Below, piece after piece: positions 49,257 to 62,152 of a DNA stretch of 64,000 bases. The stretch spans positions 524,625 through 588,624 of the forward strand of contig OZ251766.1 in the NCBI GenBank assembly GCA_965244885.1, given 5' to 3'. Below the pieces are notes generated by a model, which did not search any database, was not told the origin of the DNA, and saw only the letters and a list, made by a program, of their open reading frames with translations. How positions within the stretch are numbered: the first letter of the stretch is position 1; the number at the start of each line of letters is the position of its first letter. The translations under genes were made by a program, and so were the position numbers. The DNA is from Candidatus Pelagibacterales bacterium (GTDB lineage Bacteria; Pseudomonadota; Alphaproteobacteria; Pelagibacterales; Pelagibacteraceae).

Positions 49257-51326
49257 ATGATAGAAAAAAACTTTAATTTTTTTTTTAATCCAATTTCTAA
49301 GACAAAAGGAATAGGACCAAAAATACAGAAATTATTTAATGAAAAAAAAATTCAATCAAACATAGATCTAATATTTAATTTCCCATTTGGTTTAATAGAC
49401 AGAACTCATTGTCCTAAGTTAAATAATCTTGAAATTGGAAAAATTAGTACAATATTTGTTAGGGTTAAAAAACATAACTTTCCAAGAATAAGAAGGCTTC
49501 CAAATACCGTTCAATGCTTCGATGATACTGGTGAGATAAATATTGTATTTTTTAATTCCAGAGAGAATTACATTAAAGAAATACTTCCTCTTAATAACGA
49601 GGTTATTATTAGTGGAAAAATTAATATTTATAAAAATAAGTATCAAATAACTAATCCAGACTACGTTACCTCAGTTAATAACGAAGAAAAAGTTAGTAAA
49701 ATAATGCCAACCTATAGTTCATTAAAAGGCATTTCTAACAAAACTATAAATAAAATTTACGAGAACATAACTAAAGATATTCCTGATGTTCCGGAATGGC
49801 ATAGAGATATCATTATAAAAAATAATAAATGGTCAAGTTTTAAAGATTCATTAATTCAAATTCATAATCCAAAAAAAATAGAAGATTTAGACAAGAATTC
49901 ATTAGCTTATGAAAGAATATCTTTTGATGAAATATTTTCTAATTTACTGATTTTTTCTCAAATTAAAAAAAAAAATTCAACTATTTATAAAAATCCAAAA
50001 CTTTTTTCATCAGATTTTAAATTAAAAATAATAAAAAATTTATCTTTTACTTTAACTAAAGATCAAGACAATATTATAAAAGAAATCGAAAACAGTCTTA
50101 AAAAAGATAAAAAAATGTTAAGACTGCTTCAGGGCGACGTCGGCTCTGGGAAGACTATAATTTCAATTATCTCTGGATTAAATGTCGTAGCGTCTGGTTT
50201 TCAAGTAGCCTTAATGTGTCCTACTGAAATATTGGCAACTCAGCATTTAAATTTGATTAAATCAATCACACAAGGACTCGATATCAAGGTTGAAATTTTA
50301 AGTAGTGGAGTGAATAAAAAAAAACAAATTGAAATTAAAAAAGATCTTGTCGATGGAAAAATTAATTTTTTGATAGGAACTCATTCTCTGTTTCAAGAAA
50401 GTGTTTCATTTAAAAATTTGGGATTAATTATTATAGACGAACAGCATAAATTTGGTGTTAAGCAAAGAATAAATTTGTCGGAAAAAGGAGGCATGAACTG
50501 CGACGTGTTGCTAATGAGTGCAACTCCAATACCTAGAACTTTAATTTTATCAACTTATGGCGACATGGATATTTCTACTCTTAGAGAAAAACCATTTAAA
50601 AAAACTAAAATTATAACAAATATAATTCCTGAAAAGAAAATACCTGATTTAATTAATTTAATAAAAAATAAAATTGAGACAAAACAACAAGTTTATTGGA
50701 TTTGTCCATTAATTGAAGAGAGTAAAAAAGTAAAATTAACCCCAGTTCTTGAAAGATTAGAGTATCTTAAGAAATATTTCTCCCAAAACGTTGCTGTAAT
50801 GCATGGTAATTTAAAAAATGATGAAAAGATTAAGGTAATGAAAGATTTTATAGATAAAAAATTTTCAATTTTAATATCAACAACTGTAGTTGAGGTTGGT
50901 GTTGATAATCAAAGCGCAAATACAATTATAATTGAAAATTCAGAAAGGTTTGGACTTGCTCAATTGCATCAATTGAGAGGAAGAGTTGGAAGAGGAATTC
51001 AAGATGGTGAATGTATTCTAATATATTCAAAATCAATAAGTGAGAATGGAAAAAAAAGACTTAAAATTCTTAAAGAATCAAATGATGGATTTTATATATC
51101 AGAACAAGACTTAAAATTAAGAGGATTTGGAGATATTATTGGTTACAAACAAAGTGGTGAAAAAGATTTTATTGTAGCAGATCCACTGTATCATTCTCAT
51201 CTTTTTGAATTGGCTAAACAAGAAACTGATTTATACACTGAAAATAATTTACCAATAGAGAAATTTAGTACGCTTTTAAAGTTTTTTAAAAAAGATAAAA
51301 TATTAAATATAATAGATACTGGTTAA
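49257..51326 (+). CDS. recG: ATP-dependent DNA helicase RecG
   Basis: LQGDVGSGKT, DEQH, SATPIPR, QLHQLRGRVGRG. Confidence 0.97.
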   Translation: MIEKNFNFFFNPISKTKGIGPKIQKLFNEKKIQSNIDLIFNFPFGLIDRTHCPKLNNLEIGKISTIFVRVKKHNFPRIRRLPNTVQCFDDTGEINIVFFNSRENYIKEILPLNNEVIISGKINIYKNKYQITNPDYVTSVNNEEKVSKIMPTYSSLKGISNKTINKIYENITKDIPDVPEWHRDIIIKNNKWSSFKDSLIQIHNPKKIEDLDKNSLAYERISFDEIFSNLLIFSQIKKKNSTIYKNPKLFSSDFKLKIIKNLSFTLTKDQDNIIKEIENSLKKDKKMLRLLQGDVGSGKTIISIISGLNVVASGFQVALMCPTEILATQHLNLIKSITQGLDIKVEILSSGVNKKKQIEIKKDLVDGKINFLIGTHSLFQESVSFKNLGLIIIDEQHKFGVKQRINLSEKGGMNCDVLLMSATPIPRTLILSTYGDMDISTLREKPFKKTKIITNIIPEKKIPDLINLIKNKIETKQQVYWICPLIEESKKVKLTPVLERLEYLKKYFSQNVAVMHGNLKNDEKIKVMKDFIDKKFSILISTTVVEVGVDNQSANTIIIENSERFGLAQLHQLRGRVGRGIQDGECILIYSKSISENGKKRLKILKESNDGFYISEQDLKLRGFGDIIGYKQSGEKDFIVADPLYHSHLFELAKQETDLYTENNLPIEKFSTLLKFFKKDKILNIIDTG

Positions 51327-52294
51327 TTTTTCTTATAGCCAATTGCAACTTCAAACTCACCTAATCTTTTATAAATAGATCTTAATTCAGTAATCGTTGT
51401 CCATTGATGAATAAACAAAGAAAAACTGTTATGGACTCTTTGAAATGCATTAGACACTTGAACTATAACCCCAAGCGTAATTACACCTGAAAATAAACTT
51501 GGAGCCATTACTAAATATGGAACAATAACCATAAATTGATCGTATAAGTTAACCCATATATCAAAATAACCGTAGTTATAGAAAAGTCTGTGATAGTTAA
51601 ATTTAATTCCAGAAAATAACTCAAATACAGTGTCGGGCTTTGCATATTTTAGTCTGTCATCTTCACCGTATACTAATTCTTTTCGAAACGAAGCTTCTAC
51701 TCTTTGATTGTTATATTCAAGACCTGGGAGTTTAATTCCAACAAACCAGCTGATTATTAATCCTCCTAAACTTACAAAAAGAGAAACCCAAACTAAAGAT
51801 CCTGGAAATTGTTTTAAAAATTCTACTTGGATTCCAGATGAAAGACCCCAAAGTATAGGAATAAAAGCAATTAAAGTCATAATACCTCTAATCACTTGAA
51901 GCCCTAGACTTTCTACAATTTTTGCAAATCTACTCGTATCTTCTTGAATTCGTTGTGAAGCACCTTCAACACTCTCAAGGCTATTTTTCCATAATGGAAT
52001 ATAATCAAAAGTTATAGCCTCGCGCCATCGTAAAGAATAAACTCTCGTAAAAAAACCAGTAAAGGTCGCAAGTATTACATAAGGAAATGCAAGATAACAA
52101 AAAGTATAAATTTTATCCCAAAATTCTGAAATATTACTTTTTGTAGCATTTTGTAATAAATCATAAAAACCTTTGTACCACTCATTTATTTTAACCGTTA
52201 TTGAAACTTGGATTAATAATGAAAAAATTAATAGGAGTCCTCCACCCCAGGACCATAAGATCCATTTTTTGTTAAAAAAAAAACTTTTAAACAT
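51323..52294 (-). CDS. SbmA/BacA-like peptide transporter
   Basis: EGASQRIQEDT, PGLEYNNQRVEASFRKELV..ED, ELRSIYKRL. Confidence 0.88.
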   Translation of the reverse strand: MFKSFFFNKKWILWSWGGGLLLIFSLLIQVSITVKINEWYKGFYDLLQNATKSNISEFWDKIYTFCYLAFPYVILATFTGFFTRVYSLRWREAITFDYIPLWKNSLESVEGASQRIQEDTSRFAKIVESLGLQVIRGIMTLIAFIPILWGLSSGIQVEFLKQFPGSLVWVSLFVSLGGLIISWFVGIKLPGLEYNNQRVEASFRKELVYGEDDRLKYAKPDTVFELFSGIKFNYHRLFYNYGYFDIWVNLYDQFMVIVPYLVMAPSLFSGVITLGVIVQVSNAFQRVHNSFSLFIHQWTTITELRSIYKRLGEFEVAIGYKKN

Positions 52295-52577
52295 TATTTA
52301 AAAAATTATCAGCATAAGCTTTGATAATAAGTTTATTTTTTTTATTAGTTGTTAGATCGAATAGAATGTTATTTTCTTTGGCGTAAGTAATAGCTTGTTC
52401 TTGAGTTTCAAATTTTAACTTAATTTGTTCGTCAGTATTCGATGATGATGTCCAACCCATTACAAAATCTTTATTAGAATTAGACTTATTAAATTCTAAA
52501 ATCCAAAATTTTGTTCTAGCTTTGCCAGACTGCATTGCTGTTTTAATAGGTTGATAAATTTTAGCTCTTTGATTCAT
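52287..52577 (-). CDS. NDUFS4-like complex I accessory subunit
   Basis: KIYQP.KTAMQSG, MGWTSS, YADNF. Confidence 0.92.
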   Translation of the reverse strand: MNQRAKIYQPIKTAMQSGKARTKFWILEFNKSNSNKDFVMGWTSSSNTDEQIKLKFETQEQAITYAKENNILFDLTTNKKNKLIIKAYADNFLNNV

Positions 52578-55264
52578 TGTCTATTTTCCTCTGAAGAATC
52601 TTCTACTCTAGCAGCGGAAACAACTTTTTCATCATCAGAAAGATTAAAAATTTTTACCCCTTGGGTATTCCTACCTGTTATTCTAATATCTTTAACATTA
52701 CATCTAATCATCTGACCTTTATCAGTAATCAACATAATTTGATCTTCATGATTAATTGTAAATGTAGAGGCGACTCCACCATTTCTTTCCGAGCTTATAA
52801 TATTAATAATTCCTGAACCTCCTCTACCGCTTACTCGATATTCATAAGCAGAAGAGCGTTTTCCATAACCATTTTCTGTTACAGTCAAAATATATTGTTC
52901 TTTATTTTTAAATTCTTCAATTTGTTTTTTAGACAAGGCTACTATTTTAGTTGTCTCGCTTTCATCATCCGGGGTTTCCTCGACGTCTTTTTCTAGTCTT
53001 GATGCTTTGATATAAGATTTTGCTTCTTCAGATGTTATTTTTACACTCTTTAAAATTGATAATGAAATAATTTTATCATCTTTTTTTAAGGACATTCCTT
53101 TTATTCCTTTAGAAGATCTTCCCTTAAACAATCTTAATTTTTTTGATTGAACTCTTAAAGACTTCCCTTTTTCTGAACTTAATAAGAAATCATCATCGTC
53201 ATCTAAAATTTTAATTCCAACAATTGTATCATTATCTTCTAATTTCATTGCGATTTTGCCGCTTTGCTGAATACTTTCAAAATCTAAAAGGCTATTTTTT
53301 CTAATTTTAGCATTTGCAGTAGCAAATATAATTTTCATTTTTGCCCACAAAGTCTCATCACTTGGTAAAGGCATAATTGAGGTAATTACATGACCTTCTT
53401 TTAAGGGAAGAATACTATGAAGAGCCTTCCCTTTGGATTGATTTGATCCTTCTGGGACCTTCCATGCTTTTAATTTATAAACAATGCCTTTTGATGAAAA
53501 GAAAAGAATAGGTGTATGAGTATTGGCGGTAAATATTTGACTTACAAAATCTTCATCTCTAGTCGTTATTCCTGTTTTGCCTTTACCACCTCTTTTTTGA
53601 ACTCTAATTGAACTTAGAAGACTTCTTTTTATATATCCTTTATTAGTAATTGTAATAATAACATCTTCTTTTTGAACTACGTCCTCAATATCAAAAGTTC
53701 CTACTTGATTTATAATTTTAGTTTTTCTAGGAGTTGCAAATTTAGTTTTAATATCTTTTAGTTCATTCTTAATTTGAGTTAACAATGCATCTCTATCGTT
53801 AAGAATTTTTTTGTATTGAACTATAAGCTTATAAAGCTCGCTAATTTCTTGATTAATCTCTTCATGTCCAATTGCTGTAAGTTTTTGAAGTCTAAGTTCT
53901 AGAATTGCCCGAACTTGGTGGTCTGATAAATGGTACTGATCTTTATTAGATAAATCACTAACGTCTAAAACATCTTTATTAATTTTTGATTTTTTAAAAC
54001 TCCATTGCTTATTTTGAAGTATAGTTTTTGCTTCATTTGGATTCTTAGATTTACGAATAATAGCTATAATTTCATCAATATTTTCTATTGCTATAAATAA
54101 CCCAATTAAAATATGAACTCGATCTTTTGCTTTCTTTAAATCAAATAAGGTTCTTTTAATTAAAACTTTTTCTCTAAATTCTACAAAAACTTTTATAAAT
54201 TGTTTTAAATTTAATAGTTCTGGTTTTCCGTTAAGTATTGCAAGTGTATTAAATCCAAATGATGATTCAATTGGTGAGTATTTGTAAAGTTGATTAATAA
54301 TTACTTCGCTTGATACTCCTCTTTTTAAATCAATAACTATTCTTACGCCCTCTTTATTAGATTCATCTCTAATGTCTGATATACCTTCAATTTTTTTTTC
54401 TCTTACTAGGAGAGCAATTTTTTCAATTAATAAAGATTTATTAGTTTGAAATGGTACTGACTTAATGACTACTAGCGTTTTGTCTTTTTTTTCTTCTTCG
54501 GTTTCAATTTCACCTCTTATTTTTATTGAGCCTCTTCCAGTTTTATATCCAGTTTTTATTGCATCTTTTCCAATTATTAAACCTCCTGTTGGAAAATCAG
54601 GTCCTGGAATTAACTTAATTAATTCATCAATAGAAATTTCATTATTATTAATATAAGCAAGTGTTCCATCAATAATTTCACCAAGATTGTGAGGTGGAAT
54701 ATTTGTTGCCATTCCAACGGCGATACCGCCCGCTCCATTTACAAGTAAATTTGGGAATTGAGTTGGTAGTACAGTTGGTTCTAATTCTGTATCATCATAA
54801 TTGTTTTGATAATCTATTGTATTTTTTTCAATATCCGCAACTAAATATTCTGAAATTTTTGCTAATCTTGTCTCTGTATAACGCATTGCGGCAGCTCTAT
54901 CACCATCCATGGAACCAAAATTTCCTTGTCCATCTAATAATTTTACGCTCATTGAAAAATCCTGAGCTAATCTTACCAAAGCGTCATAAACAGCCTGATC
55001 TCCGTGTGGATGGTACTTACCAATTACATCACCGACTACTCTTGCAGATTTTCTAAATTGTTTTGACCAGTCATATCCACCTTTGTACATTGCGTAAATA
55101 ATTCTTCGATGAACAGGTTTTAATCCATCTCTTGCATCAGGTAGAGCCCTACTTATGATAACGCTCATTGCGTATGATAAGTATGAGGTTTTCATCTCAT
55201 CAACGATTTGTATTGAATTATATTTTTTATTTTTTGAATTTTCTTTATTTAAATCTTCACTCAT
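52574..55264 (-). CDS. gyrA: DNA gyrase subunit A
   Basis: [24 protein letters not shown], GyrA-box QKRGGKG, full beta-pinwheel CTD. Confidence 0.97.
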   Translation of the reverse strand: MSEDLNKENSKNKKYNSIQIVDEMKTSYLSYAMSVIISRALPDARDGLKPVHRRIIYAMYKGGYDWSKQFRKSARVVGDVIGKYHPHGDQAVYDALVRLAQDFSMSVKLLDGQGNFGSMDGDRAAAMRYTETRLAKISEYLVADIEKNTIDYQNNYDDTELEPTVLPTQFPNLLVNGAGGIAVGMATNIPPHNLGEIIDGTLAYINNNEISIDELIKLIPGPDFPTGGLIIGKDAIKTGYKTGRGSIKIRGEIETEEEKKDKTLVVIKSVPFQTNKSLLIEKIALLVREKKIEGISDIRDESNKEGVRIVIDLKRGVSSEVIINQLYKYSPIESSFGFNTLAILNGKPELLNLKQFIKVFVEFREKVLIKRTLFDLKKAKDRVHILIGLFIAIENIDEIIAIIRKSKNPNEAKTILQNKQWSFKKSKINKDVLDVSDLSNKDQYHLSDHQVRAILELRLQKLTAIGHEEINQEISELYKLIVQYKKILNDRDALLTQIKNELKDIKTKFATPRKTKIINQVGTFDIEDVVQKEDVIITITNKGYIKRSLLSSIRVQKRGGKGKTGITTRDEDFVSQIFTANTHTPILFFSSKGIVYKLKAWKVPEGSNQSKGKALHSILPLKEGHVITSIMPLPSDETLWAKMKIIFATANAKIRKNSLLDFESIQQSGKIAMKLEDNDTIVGIKILDDDDDFLLSSEKGKSLRVQSKKLRLFKGRSSKGIKGMSLKKDDKIISLSILKSVKITSEEAKSYIKASRLEKDVEETPDDESETTKIVALSKKQIEEFKNKEQYILTVTENGYGKRSSAYEYRVSGRGGSGIINIISSERNGGVASTFTINHEDQIMLITDKGQMIRCNVKDIRITGRNTQGVKIFNLSDDEKVVSAARVEDSSEENRQ

Positions 55265-55273
55265 GAAGTAAAT

Positions 55274-55726
55274 TTAAAATGGAACTTTATCGTCTGGATC
55301 TTGAGAAATGTCAGGCATATCATCAGATGGCAATTGGCTACCTTCTAATTTTTTACTATCACCAGATGAGGAATTTTTTCCATCTAACATTGTAAGAGAC
55401 GAATTGTAACCTTGCAGAACGATTTGTGTGCTATATTTTTCTTGGCCATTACTATCAGTGTATTTATTAGTATTTAACTGACCTTCTATATAAACCTGAG
55501 CCCCCTTTTTTAAGTATTTTTGAACAACACTTACCAAGCCTTCATTAAAAATAACAACTCTGTGCCATTCTGTTTTTTCTTTTTTTTCTCCAGTATTTTT
55601 ATCTTTCCAGCTTTCAGAAGTTGCAACACTCAATCTAGCGACACTTTTACCATTTTGCATTTGTTTAACTTCAGGATCATTGCCAAGTCTGCCAATTAAT
55701 AAAACTTTATTTAAGCTGCCTGCCAT
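55274..55726 (-). CDS. ssb: Single-stranded DNA-binding protein
   Basis: [22 protein letters not shown], acidic tail ending PF. Confidence 0.97.
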   Translation of the reverse strand: MAGSLNKVLLIGRLGNDPEVKQMQNGKSVARLSVATSESWKDKNTGEKKEKTEWHRVVIFNEGLVSVVQKYLKKGAQVYIEGQLNTNKYTDSNGQEKYSTQIVLQGYNSSLTMLDGKNSSSGDSKKLEGSQLPSDDMPDISQDPDDKVPF

Positions 55727-55809
55727 AATATAGATCTTTTTTTGAAGTAAGAATTAATTGTTATTATATCAGACTAATCAAATTAAAAGAATAAAATTTA
55801 CTGAAAAAA

Positions 55810-58698
55810 ATGAGTAATACTGTCACAAAAATCGTTATCAAAGGTGCTAGAGAGCATAATTTAAAAAATATTTCAGTAGAGATTCCAAGAGATAAATTAA
55901 TAACAATAACTGGGTTGTCTGGATCTGGGAAATCATCTTTAGCATTTGATACAATCTATGCTGAAGGACAAAGAAGATATGTTGAAAGCTTATCTGCTTA
56001 TGCTCGTCAATTTTTAGATCGTATGAGAAAACCAGACGTTGATTTAATAGAAGGTCTTTCTCCAGCAATATCAATTGAACAAAAAACTACCTCGAAAAAT
56101 CCAAGATCAATTGTTGCAACAGTTACGGAAATTTACGATTATATGCGTGTTTTATACGCAAGGGTTGGTATTCCCTATTCGCCATTCACAGGAAAACCTA
56201 TTAAGTCACAAACTGTATCGGAAATGGTAGATCGTATATTAGATCTACCAAAACAATCTAAAATTTCGATTTATGCCCCTGTAGTTAGAGGAAGAAAAGG
56301 AGAATATAAAAAAGAATTACTCGGATATAAAAAAAGAGGTTTTCAAAAAGCAAGAATTGATGGAAAAATTTATGAAATTGATAAGTCCCCTACTCTAAAT
56401 AAAAACATAAAACACGACATAGATATATACGTGGATGGTTTTATTAATGATAAAAAAGAACAGCAAAGAATTGCTGAAAGCATCGAGACAACTCTATCTT
56501 TATCAGATGGTCTTGTTTATGTAGATTTCACAAATGAAAATCTTCCTAAAGAATTTAAGAAAAATGAAAAAATAGTATTCTCTTCAAAATTTGCGTGCCC
56601 AGAAAGTGGCTTTACAATAGAGGAAATAGAACCAAGACTCTTTTCTTTTAATAGTCCATACGGAGCATGTCCAGAGTGTGAAGGAATTGGTGTTGATCTT
56701 TATATAGATCCCAAATTAGTAATTCCTAATGATAAAAAAACTTTAATTGATGGAGCTATTATCCCTTGGGCTTCAAGTTCAACCTTGTATTATGCTCAAA
56801 CTTTATCCTCATTAGGAAAACATTATAATTTTTCATTAGAGACCCCATGGAGAGATTTACCAAAAAAAATTCAAGATATGATTTTGTATGGATCAGGAGA
56901 AGAGGAAATTAAATTTTCTTATGATGATGGCTATGAAAAGTATTCAAGTAAAAAATCTTTTGAAGGAGTAATAAACAATTTAGAAAGAAAATATCTAGAA
57001 ACTGATAGTGACTGGAAAAGAGAAGAAATTTCTCAATTTCAAAACGAAACAGAATGTGAAAGATGTAAAGGATTGAGGCTTAAAGAAGAGGCTCTTTCAG
57101 TAAAATTAAAAGAACTGAATATTAGTGAAGTTTCAAAAATGTCCATTCAAAGTGCGCATGAATGGTTTTCTAACCTCCATAATCATTTTACGGAGAAAGA
57201 AAATAAAATCTCAGTACACATTTTAAAAGAAATAAATGAAAGACTAAGTTTTTTAATAAACGTGGGTCTTGATTATTTAAATTTATCAAGATCGTCCGGA
57301 ACGTTGTCTGGCGGAGAATCTCAAAGAATAAGATTAGCATCACAAATTGGCTCAGGTTTAACTGGAGTTCTTTATGTTTTGGATGAGCCCTCAATAGGAT
57401 TGCACCAAAAAGATAATATTAAACTGTTAAATGCTCTTAAAAGGTTAAGGGACTTAGGAAACACTGTAATAGTCGTAGAGCACGATGAAGAGGCAATGCT
57501 TAGCTCTGATTATATTATTGATCTAGGACCTGGGGCTGGAACTGAAGGAGGAGAAATTATTGCAGCTGGCACCCCTTCCGAAATTAAGGGAAATGAAAAT
57601 AGTATAACAGGACAATATTTGTCAGGAAAAAAATATATTTCTATTCCACAAACAAGAAGAAAGGCAAAAGACGGGAGATATTTAACTCTAAGTGGCGCAA
57701 CTGGGAATAATTTGCAAAATGTTACTGCAAAAATACCTCTTGGAACTTTTACGGCAGTAACAGGTGTTTCTGGAAGCGGAAAATCAACTTTTGTTCTTCA
57801 CACACTTTATAGAGCATTAAATTTGATGATTAATAAAACTATAACAAAAAATATGCCCAGACCTTTTAAAGGGATTCAAGGTTATGAATATTTAGATAAA
57901 ATTATCGATATTGATCAATCTCCTATTGGTAGAACACCAAGATCTAATCCCGCAACATACTCTGGAGCGTTTACAGTTATTAGAGAATGGTTCGTTAATT
58001 TACCAGATTCGAAAGCAAGAGGTTATAAACCTGGTAGATTTTCTTTTAATGTCAAAGGAGGAAGATGCGAGGCTTGCGAAGGTGATGGAGTAATTACTTA
58101 TGAAATGCATTTTTTACCTGATGTCTACGTTCAGTGTGATGTATGCAAAGGCAATAGATATAATAGAGAAACTTTAGAAATCAGATTTAAAGATAAAAAT
58201 ATTGCTGATGTTTTAAATATGACTGTCGACGAAGGTGTTGATTTTTTTGAAAATATATCATCGATAAGAGATAAGCTTTTAACTCTTCAAAAAGTTGGAC
58301 TTGGTTATATAAAAATTGGACAACAAGCAACAACACTTTCCGGCGGAGAGGCTCAAAGAATTAAACTCGCAAAAGAATTATCAAAAAGAGCAACTGGGAG
58401 AACTATATATATACTTGATGAACCAACCACAGGTCTGCATGTTCATGATGTTAAAAAGCTATTAGAAGTTCTTCATACTTTTGTAAACAAAGGAAACACC
58501 GTAATTGTTATTGAACATAATTTAGATGTAATAAAAACTGCTGACTGGATTATTGATATGGGACCTGAAGGAGGTGTAAAAGGGGGAAAAATTATTGCCG
58601 AAGGTATTCCAGAAGACGTTTCTCTTATAAAAGGCAGTTATACAGGTGAATTTTTAAAGAAGATTCTATCTAAAAATATTTCAAAAAAGATTGCTTAA
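55810..58698 (+). CDS. uvrA: Excinuclease ABC subunit A
   Basis: Two ABC modules ([21 protein letters not shown] twice) and zinc fingers. Confidence 0.98.
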   Translation: MSNTVTKIVIKGAREHNLKNISVEIPRDKLITITGLSGSGKSSLAFDTIYAEGQRRYVESLSAYARQFLDRMRKPDVDLIEGLSPAISIEQKTTSKNPRSIVATVTEIYDYMRVLYARVGIPYSPFTGKPIKSQTVSEMVDRILDLPKQSKISIYAPVVRGRKGEYKKELLGYKKRGFQKARIDGKIYEIDKSPTLNKNIKHDIDIYVDGFINDKKEQQRIAESIETTLSLSDGLVYVDFTNENLPKEFKKNEKIVFSSKFACPESGFTIEEIEPRLFSFNSPYGACPECEGIGVDLYIDPKLVIPNDKKTLIDGAIIPWASSSTLYYAQTLSSLGKHYNFSLETPWRDLPKKIQDMILYGSGEEEIKFSYDDGYEKYSSKKSFEGVINNLERKYLETDSDWKREEISQFQNETECERCKGLRLKEEALSVKLKELNISEVSKMSIQSAHEWFSNLHNHFTEKENKISVHILKEINERLSFLINVGLDYLNLSRSSGTLSGGESQRIRLASQIGSGLTGVLYVLDEPSIGLHQKDNIKLLNALKRLRDLGNTVIVVEHDEEAMLSSDYIIDLGPGAGTEGGEIIAAGTPSEIKGNENSITGQYLSGKKYISIPQTRRKAKDGRYLTLSGATGNNLQNVTAKIPLGTFTAVTGVSGSGKSTFVLHTLYRALNLMINKTITKNMPRPFKGIQGYEYLDKIIDIDQSPIGRTPRSNPATYSGAFTVIREWFVNLPDSKARGYKPGRFSFNVKGGRCEACEGDGVITYEMHFLPDVYVQCDVCKGNRYNRETLEIRFKDKNIADVLNMTVDEGVDFFENISSIRDKLLTLQKVGLGYIKIGQQATTLSGGEAQRIKLAKELSKRATGRTIYILDEPTTGLHVHDVKKLLEVLHTFVNKGNTVIVIEHNLDVIKTADWIIDMGPEGGVKGGKIIAEGIPEDVSLIKGSYTGEFLKKILSKNISKKIA

Positions 58699-58727
58699 AA
58701 AAATATTTTTTGTGTTAATATTGATTA

Positions 58728-59327
58728 ATGAGTATCAGCAATATTCTGCAATCTTTACCTAAAACAATAATAAGCTCTGTTCTTGCTACCTTAATTTTCT
58801 TTGGAGTTTTATTCTATATTAACGGGGGTTGGGCTAGTGATAGATATTTTTGGAGCGCTATATTTAGATACTTACACGTTGTGTCTGGAATTATGTGGAT
58901 AGGATTATTATGGTATTTTAATTTTGTGCAAATACCCAGTATGCCAAAAATTCCTGACGAACAAAAACCTGCTATTGGAAAAGTAATAGCCCCAACAGCT
59001 TTATTTTGGTTTCGTTGGGCTGCCCTTTCAACAATTATTTCAGGATTAATAACAGCCTATTTAAATGGTTACGTCCATGAAGCCCTGGCCTTTAAAGGAA
59101 TTCCTAAAAATATAACAATAGGAATTGGTATGTGGCTTGGAATAATTATGGCTTTTAACGTTTGGTTTATAATTTGGCCAAATCAAAAAAGAGCTTTAGG
59201 AATTGTTGAATGCGATCCTGAAAAAAAAGCTAAATCTGCAAGGATTGCAATGCTAGTATCTAGAGCAAACACTTTCTTGTCTATTCCAATGCTTTTAACA
59301 ATGGTAATAGCTCAAAATCTTTATTAG
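58728..59327 (+). CDS. Urate oxidase N-terminal / PuuD-like membrane protein
   Basis: RYLHV..GIMWIGLLWYFNFVQ, LFWFRWAA, IMAFNVWFIIWPNQK, SRANT. Confidence 0.8.
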   Translation: MSISNILQSLPKTIISSVLATLIFFGVLFYINGGWASDRYFWSAIFRYLHVVSGIMWIGLLWYFNFVQIPSMPKIPDEQKPAIGKVIAPTALFWFRWAALSTIISGLITAYLNGYVHEALAFKGIPKNITIGIGMWLGIIMAFNVWFIIWPNQKRALGIVECDPEKKAKSARIAMLVSRANTFLSIPMLLTMVIAQNLY

Positions 59328-60205
59328 GGCGTATTATCAATTTTTACAGACCAATCTCTTTTAACTTTAAAAAACATCACGATAGGAGAAGCTATATAAA
59401 TTGAAGAATAAGTTCCTATTATAATTCCAAAAGTTATCGCGAAAGCAAACCCCCTTAAAACCTCTCCTCCAAAAATTAATACAGCGATAATAGACAAAAG
59501 AGTTGTGCCAGAGGTTTTTAATGTACGGGAAAGAGTATTATTTAAAGATTCATTTACTAAATTTGACAATTCGGTTGTACTATCTTTTTTTAAATTTTCT
59601 CTAATTCGATCATAAATAATAACTGTATCGTTAATTGAGTAACCAATAATAGTTAATAATGCTGCAACAATTGTAAGATCAAATTGTAATCCCAAAAGAG
59701 AAAATACCCCTACAGTAATGATTGTGTCATGAAAAAGAGCAACTATTCCACCAAAACTAAACTGCCATTCAAAACGAAACCACAAATAAAAAAACATTGC
59801 AACAAAACATAGCAAAACTGAATAGATAGCAGATTTAATTAATTCAGATCCTACTTTTGGACCCACTGTTTCTATTTTTCTAATTGAAATTTTTTCTTTT
59901 AAATCTTTTTCGATAAAATTTTTAATATCACTAGGTGAAACACTATTATCAGTAGAAATTAAAAAATCATTCACAGCCCCGAATTCTTTAACTGAATAAT
60001 TGTTAATTTTAAGTTTGGATAAAGAATTTCTGATATTTTCTATTTCAATTTTTTTTTCCAATCGAATTTCAATTGTTGTTCCTCCTTTAAAATCAACACC
60101 AAAATCTAGGCCCTTAGTAAATACTAAGATAATTGACGTTAAAACTAAAAAAAATGATACAAATAAAAAAAAATTTTTATACTTTAAAAAATTAAAATTA
60201 GTCAT
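59324..60205 (-). CDS. secF: Protein translocase subunit SecF
   Basis: GVDFKGG, VGPKVG.EL, HD, GYSINDTVIIYDRIRE. Confidence 0.96.
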   Translation of the reverse strand: MTNFNFLKYKNFFLFVSFFLVLTSIILVFTKGLDFGVDFKGGTTIEIRLEKKIEIENIRNSLSKLKINNYSVKEFGAVNDFLISTDNSVSPSDIKNFIEKDLKEKISIRKIETVGPKVGSELIKSAIYSVLLCFVAMFFYLWFRFEWQFSFGGIVALFHDTIITVGVFSLLGLQFDLTIVAALLTIIGYSINDTVIIYDRIRENLKKDSTTELSNLVNESLNNTLSRTLKTSGTTLLSIIAVLIFGGEVLRGFAFAITFGIIIGTYSSIYIASPIVMFFKVKRDWSVKIDNTP

Positions 60206-60206
60206 T

Positions 60207-61793
60207 TTAAATATTTATAGTTTTATCTTTATTAGCCATAAGATATTTTGAAACCATTAACCTGCTAATTGTAAAAGCAGTAAAAAAAGAAGTTATTAAT
60301 CCAACACACAATGTGACAGCAAAACCTTTTACAGGTCCACTACCTAAGTAAAATAAAATAATACCTGCAATTAATGTTGTTAAATTTGAATCAATTATAG
60401 TTAATAATGATTTTCTGTAAGCAATATCAAAAGCTATAATATTTGATTTTTCAATCTTTAATTCTTCTTTTGCCCTTTCATAAATTATTACGTTAGTATC
60501 AATAGCCATACCAACAGTTAAAACAATTCCAGCTATACCAGGTAAAGTTAAAGTAGATCCAAATATAGATAAAACAGATATTAAAATTACAATATTTAAT
60601 AAAAGAGAAATATTTGCGAAAATTCCAAATAATTTATACGCATACACCATATAAACAAACACCAATAAGAAACCCGCAATAAAAGATATAATTCCAGAAC
60701 GAATGGAGTCTTTGCCTAGATCAGCGCCCACTGTTCTTTCTTCTATTATTTTCATTGGTGCTGGCAAAGCTCCAGCTCTTAATAAAATAGCTAACTGATT
60801 AGCTTCCTCAACCGTAAATCCACCAGATATTTGACCACTCCCAGTAAGTATAGGCTCTCTAATAACTGGTGAACTTAAAATTTCGTTATCTAGAATAATA
60901 GCGAGAGGTCTGCCAACATTATCTTTTGTAGCATTAGCAAACTTCTTAGCCCCTAAGTTATCAAATTTAAAACTAACAATAGATTGATTTGTTTCTCTAT
61001 TAAAACCTGGTTGAGCATCAGTTAAGTTTTCACCAGATACAATCACTTTTTTTTCAACCTCAATGAACAAACCATCTGATTTATTTTTTATTTTTTCAAA
61101 ACCAAGACTATCAACAGAGTTGTTACTAATTTTGATGAACTTAAAATTTAATTGTGCAGTTTTTCCAAGTATATTTTTAAAGGTCGATGGATCTGATAAT
61201 CCCGGCAATTCTACAATTATTCTATTATCTCCTTTCTGTTGAATAGTAGGTTCTTTTGTACCAAGCTGATCTACTCTTTTTCTTACAATTTCTATAGATT
61301 GATTGATCGCATCTTTTTTAAGACGCTTAATATACTCTTCATTAAATTGTAAAATAAATACATCTTTTTCAATCTTATAAACAAAATCTTTATTTGTATT
61401 TTCTATATTATTCTTGTTAATTCTAGAAAAAAAATTTTCTTCATTATTTGTTTTATTAATTAAATTAATAGCAATATCTTTTTGAGAAGAATTTTTTATT
61501 TCAAAAGTAATTCTATTATTTAAAAGATTTAAATTTTTATAATCTAATTTTTTTTCATTAAAATTTTTTTTCAAATCTACTAGCTTTTCTTCTAATTTTT
61601 TATTAATTAGAGGGTTCATATCAATTTCTAATAATAAATATGAACCACCTTGAAGATCTAGACCTAAATTTACTTTTTTATCTAAAAATAAATTGGTTTG
61701 ATTTGTAAAATTAAAATTCCCTAGAAAAATATAGAAAAAGAATAAAACTGAAGAAATAATAAATCCAATTTTTAATCTGGAAAAATTTAACAC
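60207..61793 (-). CDS. secD: Protein translocase subunit SecD
   Basis: LGLDLQGG, LLRAGALPAP, TLTLPGIAG, GMAIDTNV. Confidence 0.96.
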   Translation of the reverse strand: MLNFSRLKIGFIISSVLFFFYIFLGNFNFTNQTNLFLDKKVNLGLDLQGGSYLLLEIDMNPLINKKLEEKLVDLKKNFNEKKLDYKNLNLLNNRITFEIKNSSQKDIAINLINKTNNEENFFSRINKNNIENTNKDFVYKIEKDVFILQFNEEYIKRLKKDAINQSIEIVRKRVDQLGTKEPTIQQKGDNRIIVELPGLSDPSTFKNILGKTAQLNFKFIKISNNSVDSLGFEKIKNKSDGLFIEVEKKVIVSGENLTDAQPGFNRETNQSIVSFKFDNLGAKKFANATKDNVGRPLAIILDNEILSSPVIREPILTGSGQISGGFTVEEANQLAILLRAGALPAPMKIIEERTVGADLGKDSIRSGIISFIAGFLLVFVYMVYAYKLFGIFANISLLLNIVILISVLSIFGSTLTLPGIAGIVLTVGMAIDTNVIIYERAKEELKIEKSNIIAFDIAYRKSLLTIIDSNLTTLIAGIILFYLGSGPVKGFAVTLCVGLITSFFTAFTISRLMVSKYLMANKDKTINI

Positions 61794-61800
61794 TACTAAT

Positions 61801-62082
61801 TTATTTAGTTTCGGATTTAGATAATACTTGTGAGATAGTAGATCTTATAATTTTAACATTTATATTATCAGCAATTTCTAATTCTGCTTTTTCTTCATCA
61901 ATAATTCTTGAAATTTTCCCAACAATTCCACCTGCTGTAACAACTGTATCGCCTCTAGTTAGCTTTGAAATCATTAGTTTATGCTCAGCAACTCTTTTTT
62001 GCTGAGGTCTAATTAGCAAGAAATAAAAAATTACAAATATTAGTATTAGTGGGATAAATTGAGCGAAACCAGATGCTGACAT
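61801..62082 (-). CDS. yajC: Preprotein translocase subunit YajC
   Basis: FYFLLIRPQQKR, GDTVVTAGGIVG. Confidence 0.96.
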   Translation of the reverse strand: MSASGFAQFIPLILIFVIFYFLLIRPQQKRVAEHKLMISKLTRGDTVVTAGGIVGKISRIIDEEKAELEIADNINVKIIRSTISQVLSKSETK

Positions 62083-62152
62083 AATGGGCTTGATTATACT
62101 AGATGATGTTTAATTACAATAATTTTATTAACTTTTAATTTTATTAAGAAAA

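Noticed and set aside
55727-55809. Expected alphaproteobacterial LexA box between ssb and uvrA
   Set aside because: No GTTC-N7-GTTC or GAAC-N7-GAAC present
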